Shown: positions 41,996-51,758 of the stretch, piece after piece
Layout: each line of letters starts with the position of its first letter
Position numbering within the stretch: position 1 is the first letter of the stretch
Virus record (IMG/VR): IMGVR_UViG_3300025598_000039
Coordinates: 1 to 62,831 of that record
Strand: one strand, 5' to 3'
Length of the DNA stretch: 62,831 nucleotides
DNA from: a virus
Lineage: Duplodnaviria > Caudoviricetes
Program-made: the position numbers and the translations under genes
Notes under the pieces: model-generated
What the model was told of the DNA's origin: nothing
The model's database searches: none
Seen by the model: the letters and a program-made list of their open reading frames with translations, nothing else

Positions 41996-42104
41996 TTTTA
42001 TTATGCCAAGTTGTGGTAGCGGGTTTATGGACAAGGCATACTATACTTGTCCATCTCCCACCAAAAAAGCCAAGTCCATGGACTCGCTTCCTCAACTTGT
42101 ATAA
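41988..42104 (+). CDS. 38-aa peptide MNNFIMPSCGSGFMDKAYYTCPSPTKKAKSMDSLPQLV
   Basis: AAGAAGGT SD; start overlaps the upstream stop; fills the intergenic gap. Confidence 0.45.
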   Translation: MNNFIMPSCGSGFMDKAYYTCPSPTKKAKSMDSLPQLV

Positions 42105-42130
42105 GTTGAAAACAAGTATAGGAGTAAAAA

Positions 42131-42847
42131 ATGTTAGATAAAAATGAGTTTGAAAAAGTGCCAAGTGCGTGGCAATATGGCAAAGATAATAGCGTTTATC
42201 ACTATGATACTACAATTCGTGATATGCGATGGGATACAGTCGTTGGTCTAGGAAAATTTGGTGGTGATTGGACTGATGAATTAAATGAAGCTATTTCTGC
42301 TGCTAAGCCAGTCAATATTACTAATCGTCGAGAAGACTGGGCATATCGTGGAGATCGTAACCCATATAGTGGTCAAGTAAAGTTCAATAATGCAGAACGT
42401 AATGATTTTGCAGCAGTTGGTGCCGATCCAGAAATGACAATCTTTAGAGTAAATGCTAATCTTTCACCTACATTTGCCAAGATGGTTGATATGATTGGTT
42501 TAGGAGATAGCGAAAGCAGATTACATATTCAATTTACAGGCGAAGCATTTATTGGTCATGTTGATAGATTTGAACATAATTGGCCAGATCATGATTTAGA
42601 TGATTTGATACGTATCGGTGTTATGCTTAAAGACTATGAGCAAGGACAATTTTTTCAATTTGGTAACCACTGTTATCAGTTTTGGAGAGCAGGTGATATC
42701 CATACTTTTTCAAATAAACATGTGCCGCATTATACAGCAAACAGTGGACTATCACCACGAGTAACATTATTCACAACTGGTGTCATTACTGATAAAACAC
42801 GTGCATTTTTGAAAAAAGCAAAACATACGGCAGAAATCTTGATTTGA
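42131..42847 (+). CDS. 2OG-Fe(II) oxygenase (Asp/Asn beta-hydroxylase-like)
   Basis: GHVD..VPHYTAN..PRVTL. Confidence 0.75.
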   Translation: MLDKNEFEKVPSAWQYGKDNSVYHYDTTIRDMRWDTVVGLGKFGGDWTDELNEAISAAKPVNITNRREDWAYRGDRNPYSGQVKFNNAERNDFAAVGADPEMTIFRVNANLSPTFAKMVDMIGLGDSESRLHIQFTGEAFIGHVDRFEHNWPDHDLDDLIRIGVMLKDYEQGQFFQFGNHCYQFWRAGDIHTFSNKHVPHYTANSGLSPRVTLFTTGVITDKTRAFLKKAKHTAEILI

Positions 42848-42867
42848 GAAAAGAAAGAAGTAACTAG

Positions 42868-43353
42868 ATGGCAATTATCAACAAAAAAATTCTAATCATG
42901 GGATTACCAGGTTCGGGTAAAACGACTTTGGCTCGTGATCTTGCTAAAAAACTAAAGGCTGTCCACTGGAATGCAGATGCAGTGCGTGCTAGATTGAATA
43001 GTCATTTAGGATTTAGTGAGGCTGATCGTATAGAACAAGCCCGTAGAATGGGTTGGTTATGTGATCAAATTGTGGCAGCAGGTTCGTGGGCAGTTGCAGA
43101 TTTTATATGTCCCACACCAGCTACTCGTGCGGCCTTCGGGCCTGCTACCACAATTTGGGTTGATACAATTACTACTGGTAGATTTGAAGATACAAATAAA
43201 ATGTTTGTGCCGCCTGAAAATTATAACTGGCGAGTTGATACACAAAACTCAGAATTTTGGTCAAAAGTTATCGCAGAAGAGCTTGATTTAGATGAAAAAC
43301 CCAGTTGGTTTAAAGCATTATTTTGGGGAGAACGAAATTTTGTGGGAAAATAA
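42868..43353 (+). CDS. cysC: Adenylyl-sulfate (APS) kinase-like protein
   Basis: GLPGSGKTTLA, NADAVR, LGFSEADRIEQARR, FICP. Confidence 0.8.
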   Translation: MAIINKKILIMGLPGSGKTTLARDLAKKLKAVHWNADAVRARLNSHLGFSEADRIEQARRMGWLCDQIVAAGSWAVADFICPTPATRAAFGPATTIWVDTITTGRFEDTNKMFVPPENYNWRVDTQNSEFWSKVIAEELDLDEKPSWFKALFWGERNFVGK

Positions 43354-43699
43354 AAAACCAACTGTGCAAATGCTAGGACGTTGGCAACCATGGCATGATG
43401 GTCATCTTGCGTTATTTAAGAGAGCGCATTCTAAGACGGGTCAAGTAATGATCATGGTTCGTGATGTTGGCGGAACAGATAATAATCCTTTTGATTACAA
43501 CTTTGTCAAAGAACGCATCATTAAAGAGTTAGAATTGCAAGGATATAAATTTAAACACGATTTTATAGTTGAACTTGTTCCAAATATTGTTAACATTACA
43601 TATGGTCGTGATGTTGGGTACAAAATTGAGCAAGAAGTATTTGATGCGGAAACACATGCAATAAGTGCAACTAAAATTAGAAAAGAGATGGGATTATGA
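43340..43699 (+). CDS. HxGH nucleotidyltransferase (cytidylyltransferase/ATP sulfurylase-like)
   Basis: GRWQPWHDGH..ISATKIR; probable TTG start 9 nt after GGAG. Confidence 0.75.
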   Translation: MWENKKPTVQMLGRWQPWHDGHLALFKRAHSKTGQVMIMVRDVGGTDNNPFDYNFVKERIIKELELQGYKFKHDFIVELVPNIVNITYGRDVGYKIEQEVFDAETHAISATKIRKEMGL

Positions 43700-45153
43700 C
43701 TTTAGACCCACAAATATTACTGCTTACGTTATATGGCACTCTTTTTGGTTTTATATTTGGTATTATACCTATTGCTGGCGCAACAACCGCACTAATTACA
43801 CTTTATGGCTTTTTAAATTATTTTCAAGGTCATGCATATAATTTATTAGCATTTACAACTGCTATAGTTGTAAGTTGCACAGTTGGTGATCTTTTTGCAA
43901 GCATCGTTATGAATATACCGGGCGGTGGTGGTAGTGCTGCCACTATGGTTGATGGTTTTCCTTTAAGTAAACAAGGACAAGCAGCACGTGCGCTAAGTGC
44001 AGCAATTTTTAGTAGTTGTGGTATGGGGTTTGTATGGGGTGTTCTTGTATTTGTATTTTTGCCATATTACAGCAAAGTTGTGATGCTATTTGGTATTCCT
44101 GAACTTTGGGCATTTGTGTTGATGGCACTAGCATGTATTTGTTTTGTTAATAACAAATATTGGGTTCGTGGTATCATAGGTTTATTATTAGGAACTTTTT
44201 TAGGCTTAGTTGGTACTAATCCAGTTACAAATAGTTTAAGATTTACTGGTGGATGGATGTATCTCGGAGAAGGTATACAACTTTTACCTTTAATGGCAGG
44301 TGTTTTGGCTATGCCAGAAATATTAGAAGCAATTAATTTTCGTGGTAATTTTATTGCTCAGGGAAATGACCAGTGGAGTCAAATTAAACAAGGTTATTTA
44401 GATTTTTGGAATAACAAATGGATAGCAGTTCGTGGTAGCATAGTTGGTGGAATAGTTGGCTTGTTACCTGGAATAGGTGGACCTATTGTTGATTGGTTAG
44501 CCTATAGTAATGTTGTTGCTAGTAACAAAAACGAGCAAATACCTTTTGGTCAAGGTAATATAAAAGGTGTAATAGGACCAGAAAGCAGCGTTCTAGCACA
44601 AAAAAGCACAGCATATATACCAACTGTTTTATTTGGCATACCAGCGGCACCTTTTGAAGCTATTATCATGTCACTTCTTTATGGTGTTGGTTTAGATTTA
44701 GGTAGCAGAAGAATTCTTACTGATACGGCATTTTTTAGCACCTTGACTACAAGTTATATGTTAAGTCTGCTATTAACATTTTTTATTTCTATAATTTTTA
44801 TTCGGTATGCTGTTAATATCAACAAAATTCCATTCAAGTATTGGGCAATACCACTGCTTGGAGTTATAACTTGGAGTTGTGTTCAGTACACTGGTGGTTG
44901 GGAAGACTATGCTATGCTAGCTATGTGTTGCACGCTTGGCATAGTTTTAAAATACTTGAAAATTAGTCGAGCGAGTTTTATAATAGGTTTTGTAATGGCA
45001 CCAAGAGTAGAAGCACTTACTAGACAATATATAGCAATTTATGACTGGATTGATTTATTAAAACACCCTATCGCATTAATGCTCTTAGGATGCGGTATTG
45101 TGGCCATACTGTATGGTATGATTTACTCTAAGAGCACTATCGAATATGTATAA
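43696..45153 (+). CDS. tctA: Tripartite tricarboxylate transporter large permease, copy 1
   Basis: NIPGGGGSAATMVDGFPL, GLLPGIGG, GVIGPES, IPTVLFGIP; multiple TM segments. Confidence 0.88.
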   Translation: MTLDPQILLLTLYGTLFGFIFGIIPIAGATTALITLYGFLNYFQGHAYNLLAFTTAIVVSCTVGDLFASIVMNIPGGGGSAATMVDGFPLSKQGQAARALSAAIFSSCGMGFVWGVLVFVFLPYYSKVVMLFGIPELWAFVLMALACICFVNNKYWVRGIIGLLLGTFLGLVGTNPVTNSLRFTGGWMYLGEGIQLLPLMAGVLAMPEILEAINFRGNFIAQGNDQWSQIKQGYLDFWNNKWIAVRGSIVGGIVGLLPGIGGPIVDWLAYSNVVASNKNEQIPFGQGNIKGVIGPESSVLAQKSTAYIPTVLFGIPAAPFEAIIMSLLYGVGLDLGSRRILTDTAFFSTLTTSYMLSLLLTFFISIIFIRYAVNINKIPFKYWAIPLLGVITWSCVQYTGGWEDYAMLAMCCTLGIVLKYLKISRASFIIGFVMAPRVEALTRQYIAIYDWIDLLKHPIALMLLGCGIVAILYGMIYSKSTIEYV

Positions 45154-45164
45154 AGGAGAATTAA

Positions 45165-46229
45165 ATGTTTGATATTAAAAAATCAATTCTAGCATCTGCT
45201 ATTGCACTAGGTTTTGTTACTTCTGCAAAAGCTGATTATAGAATTATTATTCCACAACAACCAATCCAACCATGGATTGAAACTATTGCACCAGAATGGA
45301 GCAAAAAGTTAGGCGAAACTATTGTTATTGACTATCAACCAGGTGCTATGAGTGTGCCAGGTGTTGTAAAGTTTGATAAGACTGATCGTTTTGATAACAA
45401 AGTAATTTTACAGTTTTTGAATGGGTCAGCAGAAGCACTTCTCACACAAGGTAATGCAGACTTTGATATTAGCCATTGGGCACCGCTTGGTTTAAACCAC
45501 GTTACAAATACGGTTGGTTACAATAAGACAATTGATCCTTACAAAGAAAAAATTCGTATGCCATATAGTCCATCACCAGCAACAAATGCTGATGCAATTG
45601 GTGTAGTTCTACAAATATGCGGACCAGATAAAACATTTGAACAATATCTTGAATGTTACAAAGAACGCATGAAGTATGTAACAAGCATGCAAACAAATGA
45701 AGCAAATCTAGCCTACCAAAAAGGCGAGTTGAATGTAAATGCTAATGGTAATGCTGGCTATCGACAACAATTGCTTCCGATGGAAATCAACACTACCTGG
45801 TATACAAGCAATCAAATGGATTTAAAGACAGGAAAAGATTCAGAAAAAAGTGTAGAAACATTCCCTGTTTATAACGACGTCTATAAAGCAAAATGGGGCA
45901 AACTTCCTAATAACGATCTTTGGGAAGGTTATGAATTGCTAAGAAATTATCGAGATGTATTACAAAAGAGTCTTTGGGTCAATAAAGATAATCCAAACCG
46001 TCAAAAACTAATTGATAGTTTAAAAGCAACGTTAAATGATCCAGATGTTCGTAAAAAAATTGAAGAAAAAATTGGACCATTTCCGTGGATTTATGGTGAT
46101 GATGTTTATAAAGCAATTGACAGATTGCACGAACAAACTACGGAACGTGCTTTAAAAACAGTAGTTCGTTGGAATCATGAAGCATTTGGTTTTGATACTG
46201 TGTTCAAGGCAGAGTTAGTAAAGAAGTGA
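45165..46229 (+). CDS. Periplasmic solute-binding protein, TctC/Bug-like, copy 1
   Basis: Signal peptide (AKA-D); RIIIPQ..KKLGE.IVIDYQPGA; follows tctA. Confidence 0.7.
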   Translation: MFDIKKSILASAIALGFVTSAKADYRIIIPQQPIQPWIETIAPEWSKKLGETIVIDYQPGAMSVPGVVKFDKTDRFDNKVILQFLNGSAEALLTQGNADFDISHWAPLGLNHVTNTVGYNKTIDPYKEKIRMPYSPSPATNADAIGVVLQICGPDKTFEQYLECYKERMKYVTSMQTNEANLAYQKGELNVNANGNAGYRQQLLPMEINTTWYTSNQMDLKTGKDSEKSVETFPVYNDVYKAKWGKLPNNDLWEGYELLRNYRDVLQKSLWVNKDNPNRQKLIDSLKATLNDPDVRKKIEEKIGPFPWIYGDDVYKAIDRLHEQTTERALKTVVRWNHEAFGFDTVFKAELVKK

Positions 46230-46234
46230 AAAAT

Positions 46235-46265
46235 TTATTGCATGAGTTTGAAACTCATGCAATAA
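46235..46265. repeat. Perfect 15-bp inverted repeat
   Basis: TTATTGCATGAGTTT-G-AAACTCATGCAATAA. Confidence 0.85.
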
Positions 46266-46296
46266 TTGCAACTAAAATTAGAAGAGAAATAGGATT

Positions 46297-47751
46297 ATGA
46301 ACTACGAACATCTAGCACTTATGTGTATCTTTGGAACTATGTACGGTTTTATATTTGGTATCATACCAATTGCAGGTGCTGGTGTAGCACTTCTTACCAT
46401 ATATTCTTTTTTAGATTTGTTTCGTGGTGATGCCTATGGTTTAGTAGTTTTTACAACCAGTATTGTTGTGAGTTGCACAATAGGTGATCTTTTTGCTAGT
46501 ATTGTTATGAATATACCTGGTGGTGGTGGAAGTGCAGCTACTATGGTTGATGGGTTTCCACTTTCTATGCAAGGAAAAGCAAGTCGTGCACTAGGTGCTG
46601 CTGTTTTTAGTAGTTGCAGTATGGGAATATTGTGGGGAGTTTTAGTATTTTTCTTTCTGCCTTATTATGGTAGTTTTGTAAAATATTTTGGCATTCCTGA
46701 AATGTGGTCATTTGTAATGCTCAGTATATCTTGCATATGCTTTGTAAACAACAAATATTGGCTACGTGGTATTTTTGCATTAGGATTAGGTATATTTTTT
46801 GGCATGGTAGGCACAAATCCACTTACTGCTAGTCCTAGATTTACTTTTGATTGGCTATACCTACAAGATGGAATTCAAATGGCACCACTGATGGCTGGCA
46901 CAATGGCTATTCCAGAAATATTATTTGTATTATGGAAAACGGGAAGCACAGCGCCAGGTAGCAAAGACAACTGGAAACAAATCCTTGAGGGATTTTGGGA
47001 TACTTGGCATAACCGCTGGATAGTATTTCGTTGCGGAGTCATCGGTGGTGTTATTGGATTATTACCTGGTATTGGTGGTCCAATTGTAGATTGGTTAAGT
47101 TATAGCAGTGTTGTTGCTAGTAACAAAAACGAAACAATACCTTTTGGCAAAGGCAACATCAAAGGTGTAATTGGTCCTGAAAGTAGTGTGTTGGCACAAA
47201 AAAGCACAGCATATATTCCAACCGTCTTGCTAGGTATACCAGCAGCACCTTTTGAAGCCGTTATCATGTCACTTTTTATTTCAGTTGGACTTGATTTGGG
47301 TAGCACAAGAATATTGACAGACTGGAAATTTTTTGATAGTTTAAGTTTTGGTTATATGGGTAGTTTGTTTATTACTATATTCTTAGCATTATGGTTTATT
47401 CGTTATGCTGTTTATATTAACAAGATACCTTTTAAGTATTGGGTTATTCCGCTGCTTATGCTGATTGTATGGAGCAGTGTGCAATATACTCGTGGGTGGG
47501 AAGATTATGTAGTTTTGTTATTCTTTGCAGTTCTTGGAATAGTAATGAAAGTTCTAAAATTAAGTCGTGCTAGTTTTATAATTGGCTATGTTTTAGCAGC
47601 TAGACTAGAATCGCTTACGGTAACATTTTTACAAATGTATAAGCCTGTTGAATTATTATATCATCCAATAGCAGTATTTTTGTTATTGAGCGGAGTTGTG
47701 GCAATAGGTTATGGAATGTTTTTTGGTAAAACGCAATTAGAATATCATTAA
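46297..47751 (+). CDS. tctA: Tripartite tricarboxylate transporter large permease, copy 2
   Basis: Same motifs as copy 1, with long identical stretches. Confidence 0.88.
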   Translation: MNYEHLALMCIFGTMYGFIFGIIPIAGAGVALLTIYSFLDLFRGDAYGLVVFTTSIVVSCTIGDLFASIVMNIPGGGGSAATMVDGFPLSMQGKASRALGAAVFSSCSMGILWGVLVFFFLPYYGSFVKYFGIPEMWSFVMLSISCICFVNNKYWLRGIFALGLGIFFGMVGTNPLTASPRFTFDWLYLQDGIQMAPLMAGTMAIPEILFVLWKTGSTAPGSKDNWKQILEGFWDTWHNRWIVFRCGVIGGVIGLLPGIGGPIVDWLSYSSVVASNKNETIPFGKGNIKGVIGPESSVLAQKSTAYIPTVLLGIPAAPFEAVIMSLFISVGLDLGSTRILTDWKFFDSLSFGYMGSLFITIFLALWFIRYAVYINKIPFKYWVIPLLMLIVWSSVQYTRGWEDYVVLLFFAVLGIVMKVLKLSRASFIIGYVLAARLESLTVTFLQMYKPVELLYHPIAVFLLLSGVVAIGYGMFFGKTQLEYH

Positions 47752-47765
47752 GAAAGGAAAAAAAT

Positions 47766-48836
47766 ATGCGCAAGTTACTACTCGGATTAACTTTGGCAAT
47801 CGGTCTTACTACACAGGCTCTTGCTGATTTCAGAATTATCACTCCACAGAATCCACCACAGGATTGGATGGAATCACTTATTCCACTTTGGAAACAAAAA
47901 TTAGGTGAAAACCTATTAATTGACTATCAACCAGGTGCATGGAACCTACCAGGTCTTAACAAGTTTCAGGCTAGTGATCGTTTTGATAATAACGTTATGG
48001 CTGAAATTATTAATAGTGCAGCAGAAGCATATCTAACACAAAAGGCTGGCACCTATGATTTCCATGATTGGTCACTTGTTGGCATGCAACAATATACTAA
48101 TTGGGTAGAAATCCACGCGGGTTTTGATCCATATAATAGTCATATTAAAATTAGCCATAAGATGGGTGCTGGCAGTAATGCTGATGCTATGGCAATTGCA
48201 CTACTAGTATGCGGTCCTAAGAAGACTAAGGAAGAATATAAGACTTGCTTTGATCAAAAAGTTACTTATATTAAAGGAATGCCAGATCAGGACAGCGGTC
48301 TTGCATTTAATAATGGTGAATTAGATGCTACTAGCGGTGGTCTTGCAAACTGGTTTGTTAAATGGAAGTTTGATGAAGGTAAAGGCAAGTTCACAACTTG
48401 GTTCATTCATGACCTTCTTGATATGAAGACTGGTAAGGACGAAGAAAAAAGTATTCTTGGTGTCCCAACTGTAAATCAGTTGTACAAGCAACGTTGGGGA
48501 GTAGAACCAAGTGGTGAGTTTTATGATGCTTATCGACTAGTTCGCACATATCGTGATGTTCTACAAAAAAGTATTTGGGTAAACAAGGGTAACCCAAATC
48601 TTGAAAAACTTCAAACAGCATGGAGAGCAGTTCTAAGCGATCCAGAAACTCGTGCTAAGTTAGAAGAACGTAATGGTGCATTGCCGATTTTTATCGGTGA
48701 AAAGGAAGCAGCAGTTGCTTACAAAACGCTAGAATCAATCACTACAGAAAAGGCATACAAAGACCTTATCTGGGTTGAAATTAATATGCTGGGTATGCCA
48801 GATAGCGTCTACAAACCACAACTAGTCAAGAAATAA
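47766..48836 (+). CDS. Periplasmic solute-binding protein, TctC/Bug-like, copy 2
   Basis: Signal peptide (ALA-D); shares IDYQPGA, DRFDN and YRDVLQKS.WVNK with copy 1. Confidence 0.7.
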   Translation: MRKLLLGLTLAIGLTTQALADFRIITPQNPPQDWMESLIPLWKQKLGENLLIDYQPGAWNLPGLNKFQASDRFDNNVMAEIINSAAEAYLTQKAGTYDFHDWSLVGMQQYTNWVEIHAGFDPYNSHIKISHKMGAGSNADAMAIALLVCGPKKTKEEYKTCFDQKVTYIKGMPDQDSGLAFNNGELDATSGGLANWFVKWKFDEGKGKFTTWFIHDLLDMKTGKDEEKSILGVPTVNQLYKQRWGVEPSGEFYDAYRLVRTYRDVLQKSIWVNKGNPNLEKLQTAWRAVLSDPETRAKLEERNGALPIFIGEKEAAVAYKTLESITTEKAYKDLIWVEINMLGMPDSVYKPQLVKK

Positions 48837-48843
48837 TTAATAA

Positions 48844-48879
48844 GAAGGAGTTGCTACAAACAACTCCTTCATTCTTTTA
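48844..48879 (+). terminator. Terminator-like hairpin
   Basis: GAAGGAGTTG-N7-CAACTCCTTC-ATTCTTTT. Confidence 0.65.
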
Positions 48880-48935
48880 TTGTGGTCATTATAAAATAAA
48901 AAAAATAACTAATTTAATATTAGTTGGAGAAAATT

Positions 48936-49715
48936 ATGAAAGTTATAACTGAAACAGAAACACTAGAAAAAATGGAGAAATGGGTCTCTAATTCAAATAA
49001 TGTAGAGATAGCAACACCTGAAAATACATCGAACTGGGATCATGAGTTTTCGGCTTGGGAAAGCCGCAAAGCAACAAGTAGCTACCATTTTTCAACAAAA
49101 GTTCAAGATTACCGTTGGGATACTGTAATTGGTCTAGGTCATATTACACCTACCTGGCAAACCGAATTACAAGAAGCAATCGAAAGTGCTCAACAAGTAA
49201 CTGCTTGGTCTAGAAACGGAACTGGTCCTAAACCAGGTAAAAAATATCATATAGGTGAATATAATGATATGATTAATATGGGAGTTGATCCAAGTAAGCA
49301 AATATTCTTGCGAGTAGAAAGAAATATTGCGCCTGTGTTTCAACGTGTTGCCGATGCTTTCGGTTTGACAGATATGGGCGAAGTTCGACTTCATATTCAA
49401 CACGCTGGCGAAGCATTCTTAGGACATGTTGATGGATTCCATCATAATTGGCCAGGTGTTGACCTTGATGATTTAGTAAGAATCCTAGTCTGTCTAAATG
49501 ATTATGAACAAGGTCAATTTTTTCAATTTGGAAATCATATGTGGCAGAACTGGCGTGCTGGCGATGTAGTCACATTCAGTAACTTGCATGTTCCGCACTA
49601 TACAGCAAACTGCTGCATGACTCCTCGTTGCCAATTATTATTGACAGGCGTTAAAACTGAAAAGACAAATGCTTTTCTTAAAAAATTACGCCATAGTAAA
49701 ACAGTTGAAGTATAA
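48936..49715 (+). CDS. 2OG-Fe(II) oxygenase, paralogue of 42131..42847
   Basis: GHVD..VPHYTAN..PR; shared DYEQGQFFQFGNH; ATG after GGAG. Confidence 0.75.
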   Translation: MKVITETETLEKMEKWVSNSNNVEIATPENTSNWDHEFSAWESRKATSSYHFSTKVQDYRWDTVIGLGHITPTWQTELQEAIESAQQVTAWSRNGTGPKPGKKYHIGEYNDMINMGVDPSKQIFLRVERNIAPVFQRVADAFGLTDMGEVRLHIQHAGEAFLGHVDGFHHNWPGVDLDDLVRILVCLNDYEQGQFFQFGNHMWQNWRAGDVVTFSNLHVPHYTANCCMTPRCQLLLTGVKTEKTNAFLKKLRHSKTVEV

Positions 49716-49728
49716 CTTAGTCAAAGTA

Positions 49729-49757
49729 GTAGAGTTGGGAAATCAACTCTACTTTTA
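49729..49757 (+). terminator. Terminator-like hairpin
   Basis: GTAGAGTTG-GGAAAT-CAACTCTAC-TTTT. Confidence 0.65.
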
Positions 49758-49772
49758 AAAAGGAAATTAAAA

Positions 49773-50408
49773 ATGAAGTATATCTTTCTTACAGGTGCGC
49801 CAGGTTCTAAAGCAAGTAGTGTTGCTAGAAATATCTATTTTTCAAGCAATATTGATCAAAGCGATTTTAAACGTGAATATGATTACTATAAAACAATTCG
49901 TGGCAAAACTCAATTAGCACATTTTGGCGTTTATTTTGATCCTACGCTTGAATATGGAACGCACTTTGATAAGTTCGAAACATTTACCAAAGATGAATTA
50001 GAAGCAGAGTTCGACAGACCATTTACTGGACGTGGCATTAAACTTATTAAAGGTCATAGTTTATGCCATCACTTAGATTTTATCAGGAAAAACTGGCCTG
50101 ATTGTCCGATTGTTATGTGTGATCGCAGTGATGACAGTTGTTTTGGATGGTGGTTGCGTTGTGGTGGTTTCAATATTGCTTATCCAAGTTTTGACAGATT
50201 CCCTACACAAGATGATGTTGTAAAAGCAATTGATGAACAAAATGCTGATATGAGAAAGTTTATTAAGTCAAGTGGCGCTCTTCGTATTCATGATAATATG
50301 GATTTGTGTGAAAAAATAGGTATTACAAGACCACCTATGACGCCGCATAACTCAACATTATTACAAAATTATAGTGCCAACGATGTTGAAGTTTATGTGA
50401 GTTTATGA
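49773..50408 (+). CDS. Sulfotransferase-like P-loop protein
   Basis: FLTGAPGSK, LIKGH, WW..GGF.I.YP. Confidence 0.55.
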   Translation: MKYIFLTGAPGSKASSVARNIYFSSNIDQSDFKREYDYYKTIRGKTQLAHFGVYFDPTLEYGTHFDKFETFTKDELEAEFDRPFTGRGIKLIKGHSLCHHLDFIRKNWPDCPIVMCDRSDDSCFGWWLRCGGFNIAYPSFDRFPTQDDVVKAIDEQNADMRKFIKSSGALRIHDNMDLCEKIGITRPPMTPHNSTLLQNYSANDVEVYVSL

Positions 50409-50409
50409 T

Positions 50410-51132
50410 ATGAAATATGTTTTTATAACTGGGGTAGCTGGTAGTTGTTGGGGGTGGCCTGTAACATATTTGCAGGTAGCAAGCAATATTATAGATTGCA
50501 GCAATAAAAAACCATGGCGAGCAAATACTAATATTCCTTGTGCAGCTACTCATAGAGATAATGTTTATGCTGGTCCTTATAATGAAATTGGTGAAATGTT
50601 TGACCAATTGTCTTTGTATTATAAAAAACAACATATATTTGATGAAATTGATCGTGCATACGAACCAACAACCGAACATAAATTAAGAATAGTAAATTGT
50701 CACTGGTTTTCTTATCAATTAGATTGGATAGCAGAGAATTTACCAGAAGTAGATATTATATTAAATTTACGAAATCCAGAAATGGCAAATAATGGTTGGT
50801 TAAAAAGTGGTGGTTGGAATATTGAATATCCTAGTTATAAGTGGTATAATAATACACAAAATTTGTGTAGACAATCACAAATTGAACACAAACTTATGCA
50901 GCAATTTGTTAAAAAACATAATCTTGCAGTGAACTCAGGTTGGAACGCTGATTGGTTTGATATAAACTGGCCAGAAGTAGCACCATTTATAGATAAAAGC
51001 AAGTTTCAAGAAAAAATAAGTTCTACAGTAGGACAACCAGGCGCTCCACCTATTCATGTAGGATATGAAAGTTTGAATTGGGCATTTTATAAAGGAAAAA
51101 AGAGCACACCTATAGAAAGTGAAAAAAAATGA
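50410..51132 (+). CDS. Sulfotransferase-like P-loop protein (divergent paralogue)
   Basis: FITGVAGS, LRNPE, GGWNIEYPSY. Confidence 0.5.
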   Translation: MKYVFITGVAGSCWGWPVTYLQVASNIIDCSNKKPWRANTNIPCAATHRDNVYAGPYNEIGEMFDQLSLYYKKQHIFDEIDRAYEPTTEHKLRIVNCHWFSYQLDWIAENLPEVDIILNLRNPEMANNGWLKSGGWNIEYPSYKWYNNTQNLCRQSQIEHKLMQQFVKKHNLAVNSGWNADWFDINWPEVAPFIDKSKFQEKISSTVGQPGAPPIHVGYESLNWAFYKGKKSTPIESEKK

Positions 51133-51758
51133 AATATTGTTTTTTAACTGGTGCACCAGGTAGTAAATGGAGTAGTGTTGCTAAAAATATCTATTGGTCA
51201 GATGATTTTGACCATAGCGATTATAGCGATGCAAGAACATATTATAATAATGTAGATAATAAAACAAACTTGTTGCATTTTGGTTCTTACTTTGATCCAC
51301 AAATGGAGTTTGGAAGTTTTTTTGATAAAATTAGTGAATATTCTATAGAAGAGATTGAAGAAGAACTACAAAAACCTTTTACTAACGGTAATATTAAACT
51401 TATTAAAAGTCATATGTTATCTCTAAACCTTAACTTTATATCACAAAATTTTAGTAACAGTGCAATAGTATGTGTACTACGCAACGAACAGTTATGTCTA
51501 AATTGGTGGATGAAAGCAGGTGGATTTGATATAACATACCCAAATTATTCATTTTATAAAAATAGTGATATTATGTATAATTGGATTAATTTGCAAAATC
51601 GTGCAATTAAAGAATTTGTTGCAAATAATAATTGCACAGAAGTAAAAAACAATTATGAATTGTGTGATAAGTTAGGAATAAGTTATCCACCAATTGAGCA
51701 TAAACAAAATTATGTAGAAGATGCTATTACTGTTTATGTTCACCAAAACGCAGCATAA
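51129..51758 (+). CDS. Sulfotransferase-like P-loop protein
   Basis: FLTGAPGSKWSSV, LIKSH, WWMKAGGFDITYP. Confidence 0.55.
   Translation: MKYCFLTGAPGSKWSSVAKNIYWSDDFDHSDYSDARTYYNNVDNKTNLLHFGSYFDPQMEFGSFFDKISEYSIEEIEEELQKPFTNGNIKLIKSHMLSLNLNFISQNFSNSAIVCVLRNEQLCLNWWMKAGGFDITYPNYSFYKNSDIMYNWINLQNRAIKEFVANNNCTEVKNNYELCDKLGISYPPIEHKQNYVEDAITVYVHQNAA

Noticed and set aside
43292-43353. Programmed frameshift fusing APS kinase and nucleotidyltransferase
   Set aside because: A GGAG SD with an in-frame TTG at 43340 explains the overlap more simply. Fusion in relatives is not excluded.
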